NCBI GenBank assembly: GCA_948907985.1
Contig: CAQWMM010000002.1
Location: 7,660 to 71,659, forward strand
Source: an uncultured Bacillota bacterium
GTDB taxonomy: Bacteria; Bacillota; Dehalobacteriia; UBA4068; UBA4997
Length of the DNA stretch: 64,000 nt
Reading direction: 5' to 3'
Part shown: positions 19,847 to 28,703 of the stretch, piece after piece
Layout of the letters: each line of letters begins with the position of its first letter
Numbering within the stretch: the stretch's first letter is position 1
Position numbers and translations under genes: made by a program
The notes under the pieces: generated by a model
The model's database searches: none
What the model saw: the letters and a program-made list of their open reading frames with translations, nothing else
What the model was told of the DNA's origin: nothing

Positions 19847-19923
19847 TGGTCGGGATGACAGGATTCGAACCTGCGGCCCTCTGGTCCCAAACCAGATGCG
19901 CTACCAAACTGCGCTACATCCCG
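19847..19923 (-). tRNA. tRNA-Pro (anticodon UGG), CCA encoded
   Basis: Reverse complement is CGGGATGTAGCGCAGTTTGGTAGCGCATCTGGTTTGGGACCAGAGGGCCGCAGGTTCGAATCCTGTCATCCCGACCA. It folds as a 7/4/5/5 cloverleaf with anticodon loop TTTGGGA and a GTTCGAATC T-loop. Confidence 0.95.
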
Positions 19924-19942
19924 ATATACAGTTCAATTTAAT

Positions 19943-19971
19943 ATTATAGGCAAAAAAGGGCGTTTTGTCAA
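19943..19971 (-). promoter_or_regulatory. consensus sigma-A promoter for tRNA-Pro
   Basis: Minus strand TTGACA (19971-19966), 17-nt spacer, TATAAT (19948-19943), about 20 nt upstream of the tRNA 5' end. Confidence 0.65.
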
Positions 19972-20022
19972 TCTATAATTGCAAAATTTTGTAAAAATTT
20001 TTAGGAAAAATTTTCAGCGGTA

Positions 20023-20051
20023 TTGTCTAATGGCGAAAAATATTATATAAT
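20023..20051 (+). promoter_or_regulatory. sigma-A type promoter upstream of the aminotransferase-map operon
   Basis: TTGTCT (20023-20028), 17-nt spacer, TATAAT (20046-20051). Confidence 0.4.
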
Positions 20052-20107
20052 ATGTACAAATATTAACGGACTAATTTTATTCATAGATTTTTAGGAGATG
20101 AAATAAA

Positions 20108-21286
20108 ATGAATATGCAAAAGTATCTTAAGCCCCAGGTGGCGGCAATTCAGCCCTCGGTGATCCGCAAGTTTTTTGATTTGGCGGCGCAGATTGAGGGC
20201 GTGGTTTCTTTGGGGATTGGCGAGCCGGATTTCAGTACGCCAATGACTTTCTGCGAAGCCGGTTATCAGAGCATGCGCGAGGGCAAAACCGGCTACAGCC
20301 CTAATCCCGGCCTGTTGGAACTGCGCCAGGCGATCAGCGATTATTTGCAGCGGCTTTTGGGGCTGACCTACCGGCCGGAAAATCAGATTGTGGTTACGGT
20401 GGGCGGCTCCGAGGCGATTGACGCCACCTGCCGCGCTTTGCTTTGCCCTGGCGACGAGGTGATAATCCCGGAACCGACTTTTGTGTCATATACGCCGTGT
20501 GTGGAACTGGCCGGGGGTGTGGCGGTGCCGGTGCCTACCAAGGCGGAGAATGGTTTTAAACTTACGCCGGAGCAGCTGGAGGCGGCAATTACGCCCAAAA
20601 CCAAGGCGGTGGTATTGAATTATCCCAGCAACCCCACCGGCGTGGTAATGAGCCAGGACGAACTGAACGCTTTGGCCGAGGTTTTACGGCGGCACGATGT
20701 TTTGGCAATTTCTGATGAGATTTACGCCGAGTTGATTTATGACGGATTGACGCACGCCTCGATTGCCAAGGCTCCTGGTATGCAGGATATGACAATTCTA
20801 ATCAGCGGCGTTTCCAAATCCCTGGCGATGACCGGTTGGCGTATCGGCTATGTCTGCGCGCATCCGGATATTTTAAGCGGTATCTATAAAATACACCAGT
20901 TCTGCCTGTCCTGCGCCAGCACCACCGGCCAGTATGTGGCGCTGGAGGGGCTGCGCCACGGCCAGGCGGAAACCGCTAAAATGGCGGCGGAATATGACCG
21001 TCGCCGGCAGTTTATCACCAGGCGTTTTGCCGAAATCGGCCTGCCAATGTGCCGCCCGCAGGGAGCGTTTTACGCTTTTCCCTCGATTGCGGAAACCGGC
21101 CTTTCCTCGGATGAGTTCTGCGAGCGTCTGCTGCGTGAAGAAAAAGTAGCCTGTGTGCCGGGCAACGCCTTTGGCGCTTGCGGCGAGGGCTATATTCGCT
21201 GTTCCTACGCTACTTCGCTGGAAAATATTGCCAGGGCCTGCGATGGCATTGAACGGTTCGTTAAAGATAAGCGGAGGCGGTCATGA
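20108..21286 (+). CDS. pyridoxal-phosphate-dependent aminotransferase, class I/II (aspartate/aromatic type)
   Basis: 392 aa with the SKSLAMTGWRIGY PLP-lysine motif and NPTG motif. Confidence 0.85.
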   Translation: MNMQKYLKPQVAAIQPSVIRKFFDLAAQIEGVVSLGIGEPDFSTPMTFCEAGYQSMREGKTGYSPNPGLLELRQAISDYLQRLLGLTYRPENQIVVTVGGSEAIDATCRALLCPGDEVIIPEPTFVSYTPCVELAGGVAVPVPTKAENGFKLTPEQLEAAITPKTKAVVLNYPSNPTGVVMSQDELNALAEVLRRHDVLAISDEIYAELIYDGLTHASIAKAPGMQDMTILISGVSKSLAMTGWRIGYVCAHPDILSGIYKIHQFCLSCASTTGQYVALEGLRHGQAETAKMAAEYDRRRQFITRRFAEIGLPMCRPQGAFYAFPSIAETGLSSDEFCERLLREEKVACVPGNAFGACGEGYIRCSYATSLENIARACDGIERFVKDKRRRS

Positions 21287-22038
21287 TTATTGCAACGGAT
21301 GAGGATTTACAAAAGCTACAAAAGATCGGCAAGATTTGCGCTAATGTACTGCAAACTATGCGCGAGGCTTGCCGGGTGGGGATAACCACCAAAGAGCTGG
21401 ACGAGTTGGGCGGCCGCCTGCTGGCGCAGTATGGCGCGGCCTCGGCGCCGATGGTGGAGGGCTTCCCCGGTTATACCTGTATCAGCATTAATGAAGAAAT
21501 TGCTCATGGGATTCCTGGCGGCCGGATGCTGCGCAGTGGCGATTTAATCAATATTGACGTTTCAGCCGAGCTGGACGGCTATTATGGCGATACCGGCGCG
21601 TCTTTTCTGCTGGGCAAGGGGGATAAAACGGCCCAGCGCCTGCTGCGTGCCTCCAAAGAGGCGTTGGCTAACGCCATAACCGCGGCGGTGGCCGGGCGGC
21701 CCCTGAACCATATCGGCCGGGCGGTGGAGCATACCGCGCGCCGGCATGGGCTGAAGATTATTAAAAACCTTTGCGGTCATGGCGTTGGCCACAGCCTGCA
21801 CGATGAGCCGGATATGATTGATAACTATTACGAGGGCAAAGATCCACGGCGGCTGGAAAAAGGCATGGTGATTGCAATTGAACCTTTTATCAGCGAGGCG
21901 GAGCAGGTGGTGGTACAGAGTAAAAAGGACGGCTGGACACTGCGCACGCCGCATGGCACCAGAGCCGCCCAGTTTGAACATACTATTGTGATTACCGATA
22001 AGCGGCCAATTATTTTGACACTGCCGGATAAGCTTTGA
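21283..22038 (+). CDS. map: type I methionyl aminopeptidase
   Basis: 251 aa with metal ligand contexts NIDVSAELDGYYGDT, GHGVGHSLHDEP, IEPF and QFEHT. Confidence 0.9.
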   Translation: MIIATDEDLQKLQKIGKICANVLQTMREACRVGITTKELDELGGRLLAQYGAASAPMVEGFPGYTCISINEEIAHGIPGGRMLRSGDLINIDVSAELDGYYGDTGASFLLGKGDKTAQRLLRASKEALANAITAAVAGRPLNHIGRAVEHTARRHGLKIIKNLCGHGVGHSLHDEPDMIDNYYEGKDPRRLEKGMVIAIEPFISEAEQVVVQSKKDGWTLRTPHGTRAAQFEHTIVITDKRPIILTLPDKL

Positions 22039-22063
22039 TAAGCTAAAAATTTTATACCGGTTT

Positions 22064-23383
22064 TTATTGCATGCTAAGCATATAGCGCAGGCTGACCGCC
22101 GCCAGTTCCGCTCGGGACACGACGGCTTCCGGGGAGGTTTCCTCGGTGAAAATGCCCTGCGCTATCGCCCATTTAAAGGCTTCGGCGGCGCTGGGCTGGC
22201 CGGCGGTCAGGCCGGGCTGCCTATTCAGTTGATATGCCTGATAGAGCAGCAAAGCCAGCTTTTGCCGCGATACCGGTTCATTGCCGGCGGCGCTGACCGC
22301 GGTTTCGGCCAGCGGGCTTTGCAACAGACGGCTGATCAGAATGGCCGCGGTTTGTTCGGTAACGGTGGCGTCGGGATAAAAATAACCGTTATCGCAGGTT
22401 AAAAGTCCGGCGGCCACCGCCCGGTCGACGTCTTCATAGTACCAGCTGGCGGCGGTAACGTCGGCAAAGCAGTTGCCCAGATGCGAAATCAACAGGCGGC
22501 TGGTTGCGCTGCGCCCGCCATTCAGGTTGTTGGCGCTGAAAGCGGCTATTTCCAGCGGATGGCTGCCAGTAGACAGGGAGTCGCTGTAAATATTCAATTC
22601 GCCGCCGTTTATGGTATAATATATTGTGCTCTCGCCGGTGATTGTCAGCGAACCGGCGGCGGAATCATAGCTGATTTGAGGGGCTGGCAGCCCGGGCAGG
22701 CTGACGCCCCGACTGTAAGCGGAAGAATAGGTGTGGCCGGCGGTGGGTTCAATGCCCCGGCGGCGCAAAAGCTCGCGCACCGTAACCAACTCATAGCCCT
22801 GGGCCTGCAAATAGTCGATGCCGCGCAGAGCGCCTTCAATGCTGGTGGGGTAGAGGTCATGCAGCAGAACAATGCTGCCATCGCGGCTGTTGTTCACAAT
22901 GCTTTGGTATACCTTATCGGCGTTGCGCGATTGCCAGTCGCGGGTATCTACCGACCAGAGAATGGCCGGTACGCCGATTTGCGCCAGAACCTGGGCGTTA
23001 TAGCTGCCGTAGGGCGGGCGCAGCATATAGCCGCCGCTGCTGCCGGCGGCCTGGCTTAGAATATCGGCGGTGCGGTTCAACTGACTGTGCAGTTCGGCTT
23101 CGCTTAGCTTGGGCAGATAGGGGTGGTTATAGGTGTGCGAAGCTATCTGGTGGCCGGCGGCATAGGCCTGTTGTACCAACTGGGGGTAGCGCTGGGCGTT
23201 AACGCCCTGCATAAAAAAAGTAACCTGCGCGTGCCGCTTTTCCAGCCCGGCAAGCAGGTTTTCCGTATATTTGCTGGGGCCGTCGTCAAAGGTTATGGCA
23301 ATCAGCTTAGTATCGGCGGCGCTGGCTGCCCGGGGCAGGGCGATGAGCAGCAGCGCCAGCAACAAAATAACTTTCTTCTTCAT
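22064..23383 (-). CDS. polysaccharide deacetylase (NodB homology) with C-terminal SLH-like domains
   Basis: Signal peptide; ITFDDGPS and HTYNHP NodB motifs. The C-terminal FADVTAASWYYEDVDRAVAAGLL and following segment resemble S-layer homology repeats. Confidence 0.75.
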   Translation of the reverse strand: MKKKVILLLALLLIALPRAASAADTKLIAITFDDGPSKYTENLLAGLEKRHAQVTFFMQGVNAQRYPQLVQQAYAAGHQIASHTYNHPYLPKLSEAELHSQLNRTADILSQAAGSSGGYMLRPPYGSYNAQVLAQIGVPAILWSVDTRDWQSRNADKVYQSIVNNSRDGSIVLLHDLYPTSIEGALRGIDYLQAQGYELVTVRELLRRRGIEPTAGHTYSSAYSRGVSLPGLPAPQISYDSAAGSLTITGESTIYYTINGGELNIYSDSLSTGSHPLEIAAFSANNLNGGRSATSRLLISHLGNCFADVTAASWYYEDVDRAVAAGLLTCDNGYFYPDATVTEQTAAILISRLLQSPLAETAVSAAGNEPVSRQKLALLLYQAYQLNRQPGLTAGQPSAAEAFKWAIAQGIFTEETSPEAVVSRAELAAVSLRYMLSMQ

Positions 23384-23413
23384 AAAAATCCTCTATATGC
23401 AAAATAACCTGCA

Positions 23414-24208
23414 TTAGCTTAAAAGCATACGATCGTTGGCTAGTTCTTCGCCGGCGGCAACGGCAAATTTGGCCAGCAGATTTTCAACCGTCAGGTTCTT
23501 TTTCTCTTCGCCGGCAATATCCAGAATAATCTGGCCGTCTTTCAGCATAATCAGCCGGTTGCCATGGGTAATTGCATCGCGCATATTGTGGGTTACCATT
23601 AGAGCGGTCAGGTTGTTTTCGGCAATAATCCGGTCTGAAAGTTCCAACACTTTAGCCGCTGTTTTAGGGTCCAGGGCGGCGGTGTGTTCGTCTAAAAGCA
23701 GCAGCTTGGGTTTGGTCAGGGTGGCCATCAGCAATGTCAGCGCCTGACGCTGGCCGCCGGAAAGCAGCCCCACCTTGGAAGTTAGGCGATCCTCCAGCCC
23801 TAAATCCAGAGTTTTTAGCAGTTCGCGGTATTGACTGCGCTCCTGGTGCGTGATGCCCCAGCGCAGGGTGCGTTTTTTGCCGCGGCGCAGCGCCAGCGCC
23901 AGGTTTTCCTGAATTTCCATATTGGTGGCGGTGCCCAGCATGGGGTCCTGAAAAACGCGGCCCAGATAAGTGGCGCGCTTAAACTCCGGCAGTTTGGTAA
24001 CGTCGGCGCCGTCAATCAAAATCTGGCCCTCGTCAATCGGCCAAACCCCGGAAATCGCGTTCAGCATGGTGGATTTGCCCGCGCCGTTGCCGCCGATAAC
24101 GGTAGCGAAGTCGCCGGCGTTCAGGTGCAGATTTAAGCCTTGCAGGGCGTGTTTTTCGTTCACGCTGTTGGGGTTGAAAGTTTTGTGAATATTACGCAGT
24201 TGGAGCAT
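23414..24208 (-). CDS. ABC transporter ATP-binding protein (COG1101-type)
   Basis: Walker A GGNGAGKST, signature LSGGQRQ, Walker B LLLLDEHTAALD. Confidence 0.9.
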   Translation of the reverse strand: MLQLRNIHKTFNPNSVNEKHALQGLNLHLNAGDFATVIGGNGAGKSTMLNAISGVWPIDEGQILIDGADVTKLPEFKRATYLGRVFQDPMLGTATNMEIQENLALALRRGKKRTLRWGITHQERSQYRELLKTLDLGLEDRLTSKVGLLSGGQRQALTLLMATLTKPKLLLLDEHTAALDPKTAAKVLELSDRIIAENNLTALMVTHNMRDAITHGNRLIMLKDGQIILDIAGEEKKNLTVENLLAKFAVAAGEELANDRMLLS

Positions 24209-25133
24209 TGCCGCCGCCTCCTTGCAGGGATTTTTTTAAGGTCTGCCAATAGGATTTGAACTGGGGCAGCGCCAGGCAGATTGCCACCGTGATAGCTGTG
24301 AACAGTTTAAGGTCGTTGGCGTTCATACCGGCTTTGAGCACCAGCGCAATGATAATGCGGTAGGTGATCGCGCCCAGGCTTAAAGAGATCAGCGTGCGCT
24401 TGAATGACTTGGTGCCAAAGAGCACTTCGCCGATGATAACGGAGGCCAGGCCGATGACGATAGCGCCGGTGCCCATCTGTACGTCGGAATAAGACTGGTT
24501 CTGGGCAATCAGCGCGCCGGACATTGCCACCAGACCATTGGAGAGCATTAAGCCCAGCAAAATCATGGTATCGGTATTAACGCCCTGAGCGCGCACCATT
24601 TGTTGGTTGTTGCCGGTGGCGCGGATAGCGGAGCCAATTTCGGTGCCAAAGAACCAGTACAGGAAAGCGGACACAATAATCACCACCAGCAGGCCGCATA
24701 ACAGAATAGCCACATTTTTAGTGATGATACCCTGGGCGGCCAGGTTTTGCATAAAAGGCAGCTTTTCCAGGGGCGTAAAGACGGTTTCGGCCTGCAAGAG
24801 GGTGATATTGGCTTTGCCCATAATGCGCAGGTTAACGGAATAAAGGGCGATCATGGTGAGAATACCGGAAAGCAGGGCGGGGATTTTCAGCTTGGTGTGC
24901 AGCAGCCCGGTTACCAGGCCGCAGACCAAACCGGCCAACAGCGCCATAAAAGTGCCCACCCAGGGATTGCCGCCGCCGGTGATCCAAACCGCGCCGACAG
25001 CCGCGCCGGTTACCAGCGTGCCTTCCACCGAGAGGTCGGCAATATCCAGCAGGCGATAGGTGATGTAGACGCCCATGGTCATAATGGCCCAGAGCAGTCC
25101 AAGGGAGATCGCGCCCAAAATAATATTTAACAT
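24192..25133 (-). CDS. ABC transporter permease (COG4120-type)
   Basis: 313 aa polytopic membrane protein that overlaps the ATPase gene start by 17 nt. Confidence 0.8.
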   Translation of the reverse strand: MLNIILGAISLGLLWAIMTMGVYITYRLLDIADLSVEGTLVTGAAVGAVWITGGGNPWVGTFMALLAGLVCGLVTGLLHTKLKIPALLSGILTMIALYSVNLRIMGKANITLLQAETVFTPLEKLPFMQNLAAQGIITKNVAILLCGLLVVIIVSAFLYWFFGTEIGSAIRATGNNQQMVRAQGVNTDTMILLGLMLSNGLVAMSGALIAQNQSYSDVQMGTGAIVIGLASVIIGEVLFGTKSFKRTLISLSLGAITYRIIIALVLKAGMNANDLKLFTAITVAICLALPQFKSYWQTLKKSLQGGGGNAPTA

Positions 25134-25162
25134 GGAAGTAAAACTCCTTTTTTAACGCCAAA

Positions 25163-25246
25163 CATAAGCAAGGCAATTTACTGCGCTTGCTTATGCTGAT
25201 TAAGCGAATCAACAGTGCGCCGCCGTTCCCGTTGAAAACGGCGGCG
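25163..25246 (-). promoter_or_regulatory. two strong hairpins between the binding-protein and permease genes (possible attenuating or stabilising structures)
   Basis: cataagcaag / cttgcttatg form a 10-bp stem (25163-25195). cgccgccgtt / aacggcggcg form a 10-bp stem (25218-25246). Neither is followed by a clear U-run on the minus strand. Confidence 0.45.
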
Positions 25247-25308
25247 ATTGTTTGGCTGTTTTGATTTTGTATTTTGGTTTTTACGGAAAATTTTAGCAAT
25301 GCTTATGC

Positions 25309-26295
25309 TTAAATGACATATTGCTGTAACTCGGCGGGGATTTCAATACCCAAAGCCTCGCAGGCCGCGCCGTTGATGCAGTAGGCAAATTCGGGCGAAC
25401 CTTGGATTGGCATTTCGGCAGGATTTTTGCCGTTTTCCAGAATATCCAGCGCCATTTCCGCCGCCGTTTGGCCGAGGCCGTAATAGGTGATGCCTACAGT
25501 GGCGGTGCCGCCATTTTTAACTTGCAGTTCCTCGCCGCAAATCACCGGAATACCGGCGGCAATCGTTACGTCGTTGACGGTCGGTATAGCCGAGGCGAAA
25601 TTGTTGTCGGTGGGAATATAGATCGCGTCGCATTCTTCAACGATAGCCTGGGTGGCCTGTTGAATATCGTTGGTGTTGGTGATGGTGCGCTCCACGGTGG
25701 CAATGCCTTTGCTTTCCAGATACTCTTTGGCAATACTGCACTGTAAGGTGGAATTATCCTCCGATGAGGTGTAGAGAAAACCAACCGTTTTAACCTCCGG
25801 GCAAAGCTGCAACAGCAGATCCATCTGGTCGGTGATCGGGTTCAGGTCCGAAGTCCCGGTGATATTGCCGCCGGGCTGCTCGTCAGAGGCCACCAGCCCT
25901 GCGCCGGTAAAACTGGTTACAGCCGTCGCCACAATCGGGATGGTGGTGGTTTTGCTGGCCATAGCCTGCGTGGAGGGCGTAGCAATAGTAAACGCCAGAT
26001 CCACGTTCTCGGCGACAAATTTGTCGGCAATGGTGGAGAGGTTGTTTATATCGCCCTGGCCGTTTTCGATCAGCAGCGTAATATTTTCACCGTTGGTGTA
26101 GCCGCGTTCAGCCAGTTTATCAATAAACCCCTGTTGGGCCAGATTAAGCGCGTCGTGGTCCATCAGCTGCATAATACCGATTTTGTAATTGTCGTTACCG
26201 TCTTTGTTGTCATTCTGGGAACAGCCGGCCAGCCCGGTCAGGCAAAGCGCCAGACCAAGAGCTGCCAGCAGCATAAATCGTCTAAAATTCTTCAT
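25309..26295 (-). CDS. ABC transporter substrate-binding lipoprotein (ABC_sub_bind/COG2984 type), copy B
   Basis: Lipobox LTGLAGCS. Near-identical over most of its length to the upstream copy (for example LAFTIATPSTQAMASKTTTIPIVATAVTSF is shared exactly). Confidence 0.8.
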   Translation of the reverse strand: MKNFRRFMLLAALGLALCLTGLAGCSQNDNKDGNDNYKIGIMQLMDHDALNLAQQGFIDKLAERGYTNGENITLLIENGQGDINNLSTIADKFVAENVDLAFTIATPSTQAMASKTTTIPIVATAVTSFTGAGLVASDEQPGGNITGTSDLNPITDQMDLLLQLCPEVKTVGFLYTSSEDNSTLQCSIAKEYLESKGIATVERTITNTNDIQQATQAIVEECDAIYIPTDNNFASAIPTVNDVTIAAGIPVICGEELQVKNGGTATVGITYYGLGQTAAEMALDILENGKNPAEMPIQGSPEFAYCINGAACEALGIEIPAELQQYVI

Positions 26296-26337
26296 AAAGT
26301 ATCTCCTACCTATCTACCATATTATTTGGTTTTTTTA

Positions 26338-27339
26338 TTATTCTGCCGGGTTTACAACATACTGTTGCAGTTCGGCGGGGATTTCAATGCCCAATGCGGC
26401 GCAGACCTGGCCGTTGATGCAGTATTCAAATTCCGACGAGCCCTGAATAGGCATTTCAGCAGGGTTTTTGCCGTTTTCCAGAATATCCAGCGCCATTTCC
26501 GCCGCTTTTTGGCCAATGCCGTAATAGGTAATACCCACGGTGGCGGTGCCGCCGGTTTTAACCATGTTGGACTCGCCGCAGATTACCGGGATGCCGGCGG
26601 CGGTTGTAACATCGTTAACGGTGGGCATGGCCGAGGCGAAATTGTTGTCGGTGGGGATGTAGATAGCGTCGCACTCGCTGATAATAGCTGTGGCGGCCTG
26701 CTGTACATCGTTGGTGTTGGTGATGGTGCGCTCCACGGTGGCAATGCCTTTGCTTTCCAGATACTCTTTGGCGATACTGCACTGCAAGGTGGAGTTATCC
26801 TCCGACGAGGTGTAGAGGAAACCGACAGTTTTAACCTCCGGGCAGAGCTGCAAAAGCAGATCAATCTGGTCGGTGATTGGGTTCATATCGCTGGTGCCGG
26901 TGATGTTGCCGCCGGGCTGCTCGTCCGATTCTACCAAACCGGCTGCCGTAAAGCTGGTTACTGCCGTCGCCACAATCGGGATGGTAGTGGTTTTGCTGGC
27001 CATAGCCTGCGTGGAGGGGGTGGCGATGGTGAACGCCAGATCCACATTCTCCGAAACGAACTTGTCGGCAATGGTGGAAAGGTTATTGGTATCGCCCTGG
27101 CCGTTTTCAATCAGCAGGGTAACCTTGCCGCCGTCGGTGTAGCCGCGTTCTGCCAGGGTATCAATAAAGCCCTGCTGGGCCAGATTGAGCGCCTCATGAT
27201 CCATCAGCTGCATGATACCGATTTTGTAGTGCACCTCATCATTGGTGTTGGTCTGTTGGTCGCCGCCGCAGCCGGCCAGCCCTACCAGAGCCAGGCAGCA
27301 AACTGCCAGCAGCGCCATAATTTTGTTTGGTTTCTTCAT
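26338..27339 (-). CDS. ABC transporter substrate-binding lipoprotein (ABC_sub_bind/COG2984 type), copy A
   Basis: Lipobox LVGLAGCG. It is the tandem paralog of 25309..26295. Confidence 0.8.
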   Translation of the reverse strand: MKKPNKIMALLAVCCLALVGLAGCGGDQQTNTNDEVHYKIGIMQLMDHEALNLAQQGFIDTLAERGYTDGGKVTLLIENGQGDTNNLSTIADKFVSENVDLAFTIATPSTQAMASKTTTIPIVATAVTSFTAAGLVESDEQPGGNITGTSDMNPITDQIDLLLQLCPEVKTVGFLYTSSEDNSTLQCSIAKEYLESKGIATVERTITNTNDVQQAATAIISECDAIYIPTDNNFASAMPTVNDVTTAAGIPVICGESNMVKTGGTATVGITYYGIGQKAAEMALDILENGKNPAEMPIQGSSEFEYCINGQVCAALGIEIPAELQQYVVNPAE

Positions 27340-27390
27340 TAAAAAGCCTCCTGTTTAAAATATAATTTTTATATTGGTTCATTCTAAAAA

Positions 27391-27420
27391 ATTATAGACC
27401 AAACAGCGGCATTTTGTCAA
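27391..27420 (-). promoter_or_regulatory. consensus sigma-A promoter for the ABC transporter operon
   Basis: Minus strand TTGACA (27420-27415), 18-nt spacer, TATAAT (27396-27391). Leader of about 50 nt with AGGAGG SD. Confidence 0.55.
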
Positions 27421-27511
27421 TAAGCTTTGGGGGAAAATTCATAAATATACAGTTTTTGCCAATAAAATTTTTTTATGCAAAATTTATTGGCCCGTTAAGC
27501 GTTTTCAGCCT

Positions 27512-28084
27512 TTACTTGACGCGTTCAAAAATATCAGCCAAACTGAACGTCAGGTCGTCATATAAGCTGCATTTAAACTCGGTTATCAGCTCGGCCTTTT
27601 CTTCGTCCGTCATATCGGCCAGCATATAATCGGGGTAAAGGGTATAGACTGCATGCAGAACAAACTTGCCGTCGGTCAAAAGATATTGCTCAATGGATTT
27701 ATTGTTGGTGTCAACCAGCCAGTATTCTTTAACGCCGCATTGTTCGTAAATATCCTTTTTATAGCCGCGGTCGCGCTGGGCCGTGGCGGGCGATAACACC
27801 TCCACCACCAGATCCGGCGCGCCATAGACGCCGTTATACTTTATTTTGTTCGGATCGCAGACAATCATCATATCCGGGCGGAAGTGATCTTTTTCCGTCA
27901 GAAACAGCTCGAAGCCGTCAAAGTAGGGCGTGCATTTTTTACCGCGCAGGTAATACTGAAAAATTGAAAAAATATTGCCGGCTGCCAGAAAATGGTTGGA
28001 TACAGGGCTGGGCGACATCATAACAATTTGCCCGTTAATCAGTTCGCTGGGGTATTCGTCCTGATAAGCAAGGTTGGTGTTCAT
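27512..28084 (-). CDS. Uma2 family (DUF820) PD-(D/E)xK endonuclease, paralog 2
   Basis: 190 aa with GAPDLVVEVLSPATAQRDRGYKKDIYEQCGVKEYWLVD core. The 5' and 3' ends are nearly identical at DNA level to paralog 3. Confidence 0.8.
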   Translation of the reverse strand: MNTNLAYQDEYPSELINGQIVMMSPSPVSNHFLAAGNIFSIFQYYLRGKKCTPYFDGFELFLTEKDHFRPDMMIVCDPNKIKYNGVYGAPDLVVEVLSPATAQRDRGYKKDIYEQCGVKEYWLVDTNNKSIEQYLLTDGKFVLHAVYTLYPDYMLADMTDEEKAELITEFKCSLYDDLTFSLADIFERVK

Positions 28085-28130
28085 AAAAAGGCTCCTTTCC
28101 TTATATTAATATAGCATAATAGGTTAGCGG

Positions 28131-28703
28131 TTACTTGACGCGTTCAAAAATATCGGTCAAACTGAACGTCAGGTCATTATACAAGCTGCATTTAAACTCG
28201 GTTATCAGTTCGGCCTTTTGCTCGTCCGTCATATCGGCCAGCATATAATCGGGATAAAGGGTATAGACCGCGTTCAGCACAAAACACCCCTCCTGCAATA
28301 GATATTGCTCGACGGATTTTTCTGCCTGGCTGACCAGCCAGTATTCCTTAACGCCGCACTGTTCGTAAACATCCTTTTTATAGCGGCGGTCGCGCTGGGC
28401 GGTGCTGGGCGAGAGCACCTCCACCACCAGATCCGGTGAGCCGTAAATCTTATCGTTTTTTACTTTTTTATGGTCGCAGATTACGGTTACATCCGGGATA
28501 AAGCAATCTTTTTCCGTCAAATAAACGTCGGTTCCGTCCGGGAAAACTTCGCAACTGCGTCCTTTAAGATAGTTTTTGAATAAAGTATAAATATTGCCTT
28601 TAACTCGGTTATGATTGATGGAAGGGCTGGGCGACATCATAACGATTTGCCCGTTAATCAGTTCGCTGGGGTATTCGTCCCGATAAGCAAGGTTGGTGTT
28701 CAT
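28131..28703 (-). CDS. Uma2 family (DUF820) PD-(D/E)xK endonuclease, paralog 3
   Basis: 190 aa with GSPDLVVEVLSPSTAQRDRRYKKDVYEQCGVKEYWLV core. Shares the leader aaggaaaggagcctttttATG with paralog 2. Confidence 0.8.
   Translation of the reverse strand: MNTNLAYRDEYPSELINGQIVMMSPSPSINHNRVKGNIYTLFKNYLKGRSCEVFPDGTDVYLTEKDCFIPDVTVICDHKKVKNDKIYGSPDLVVEVLSPSTAQRDRRYKKDVYEQCGVKEYWLVSQAEKSVEQYLLQEGCFVLNAVYTLYPDYMLADMTDEQKAELITEFKCSLYNDLTFSLTDIFERVK

Noticed and set aside
24832-25299. 155-aa minus-strand ORF bridging the permease start and the intergenic hairpins
   Set aside because: It is out of frame with, and overlaps, the well-supported permease N-terminus. The remainder is hairpin sequence, and there is no SD.
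26134-27342. 402-aa + strand ORF spanning both binding-protein genes and the gap between them
   Set aside because: It is antisense to two well-supported lipoprotein genes. The translation is repetitive because it mirrors the duplicated genes. It has no SD, and its start lies inside the 25309-26295 gene.
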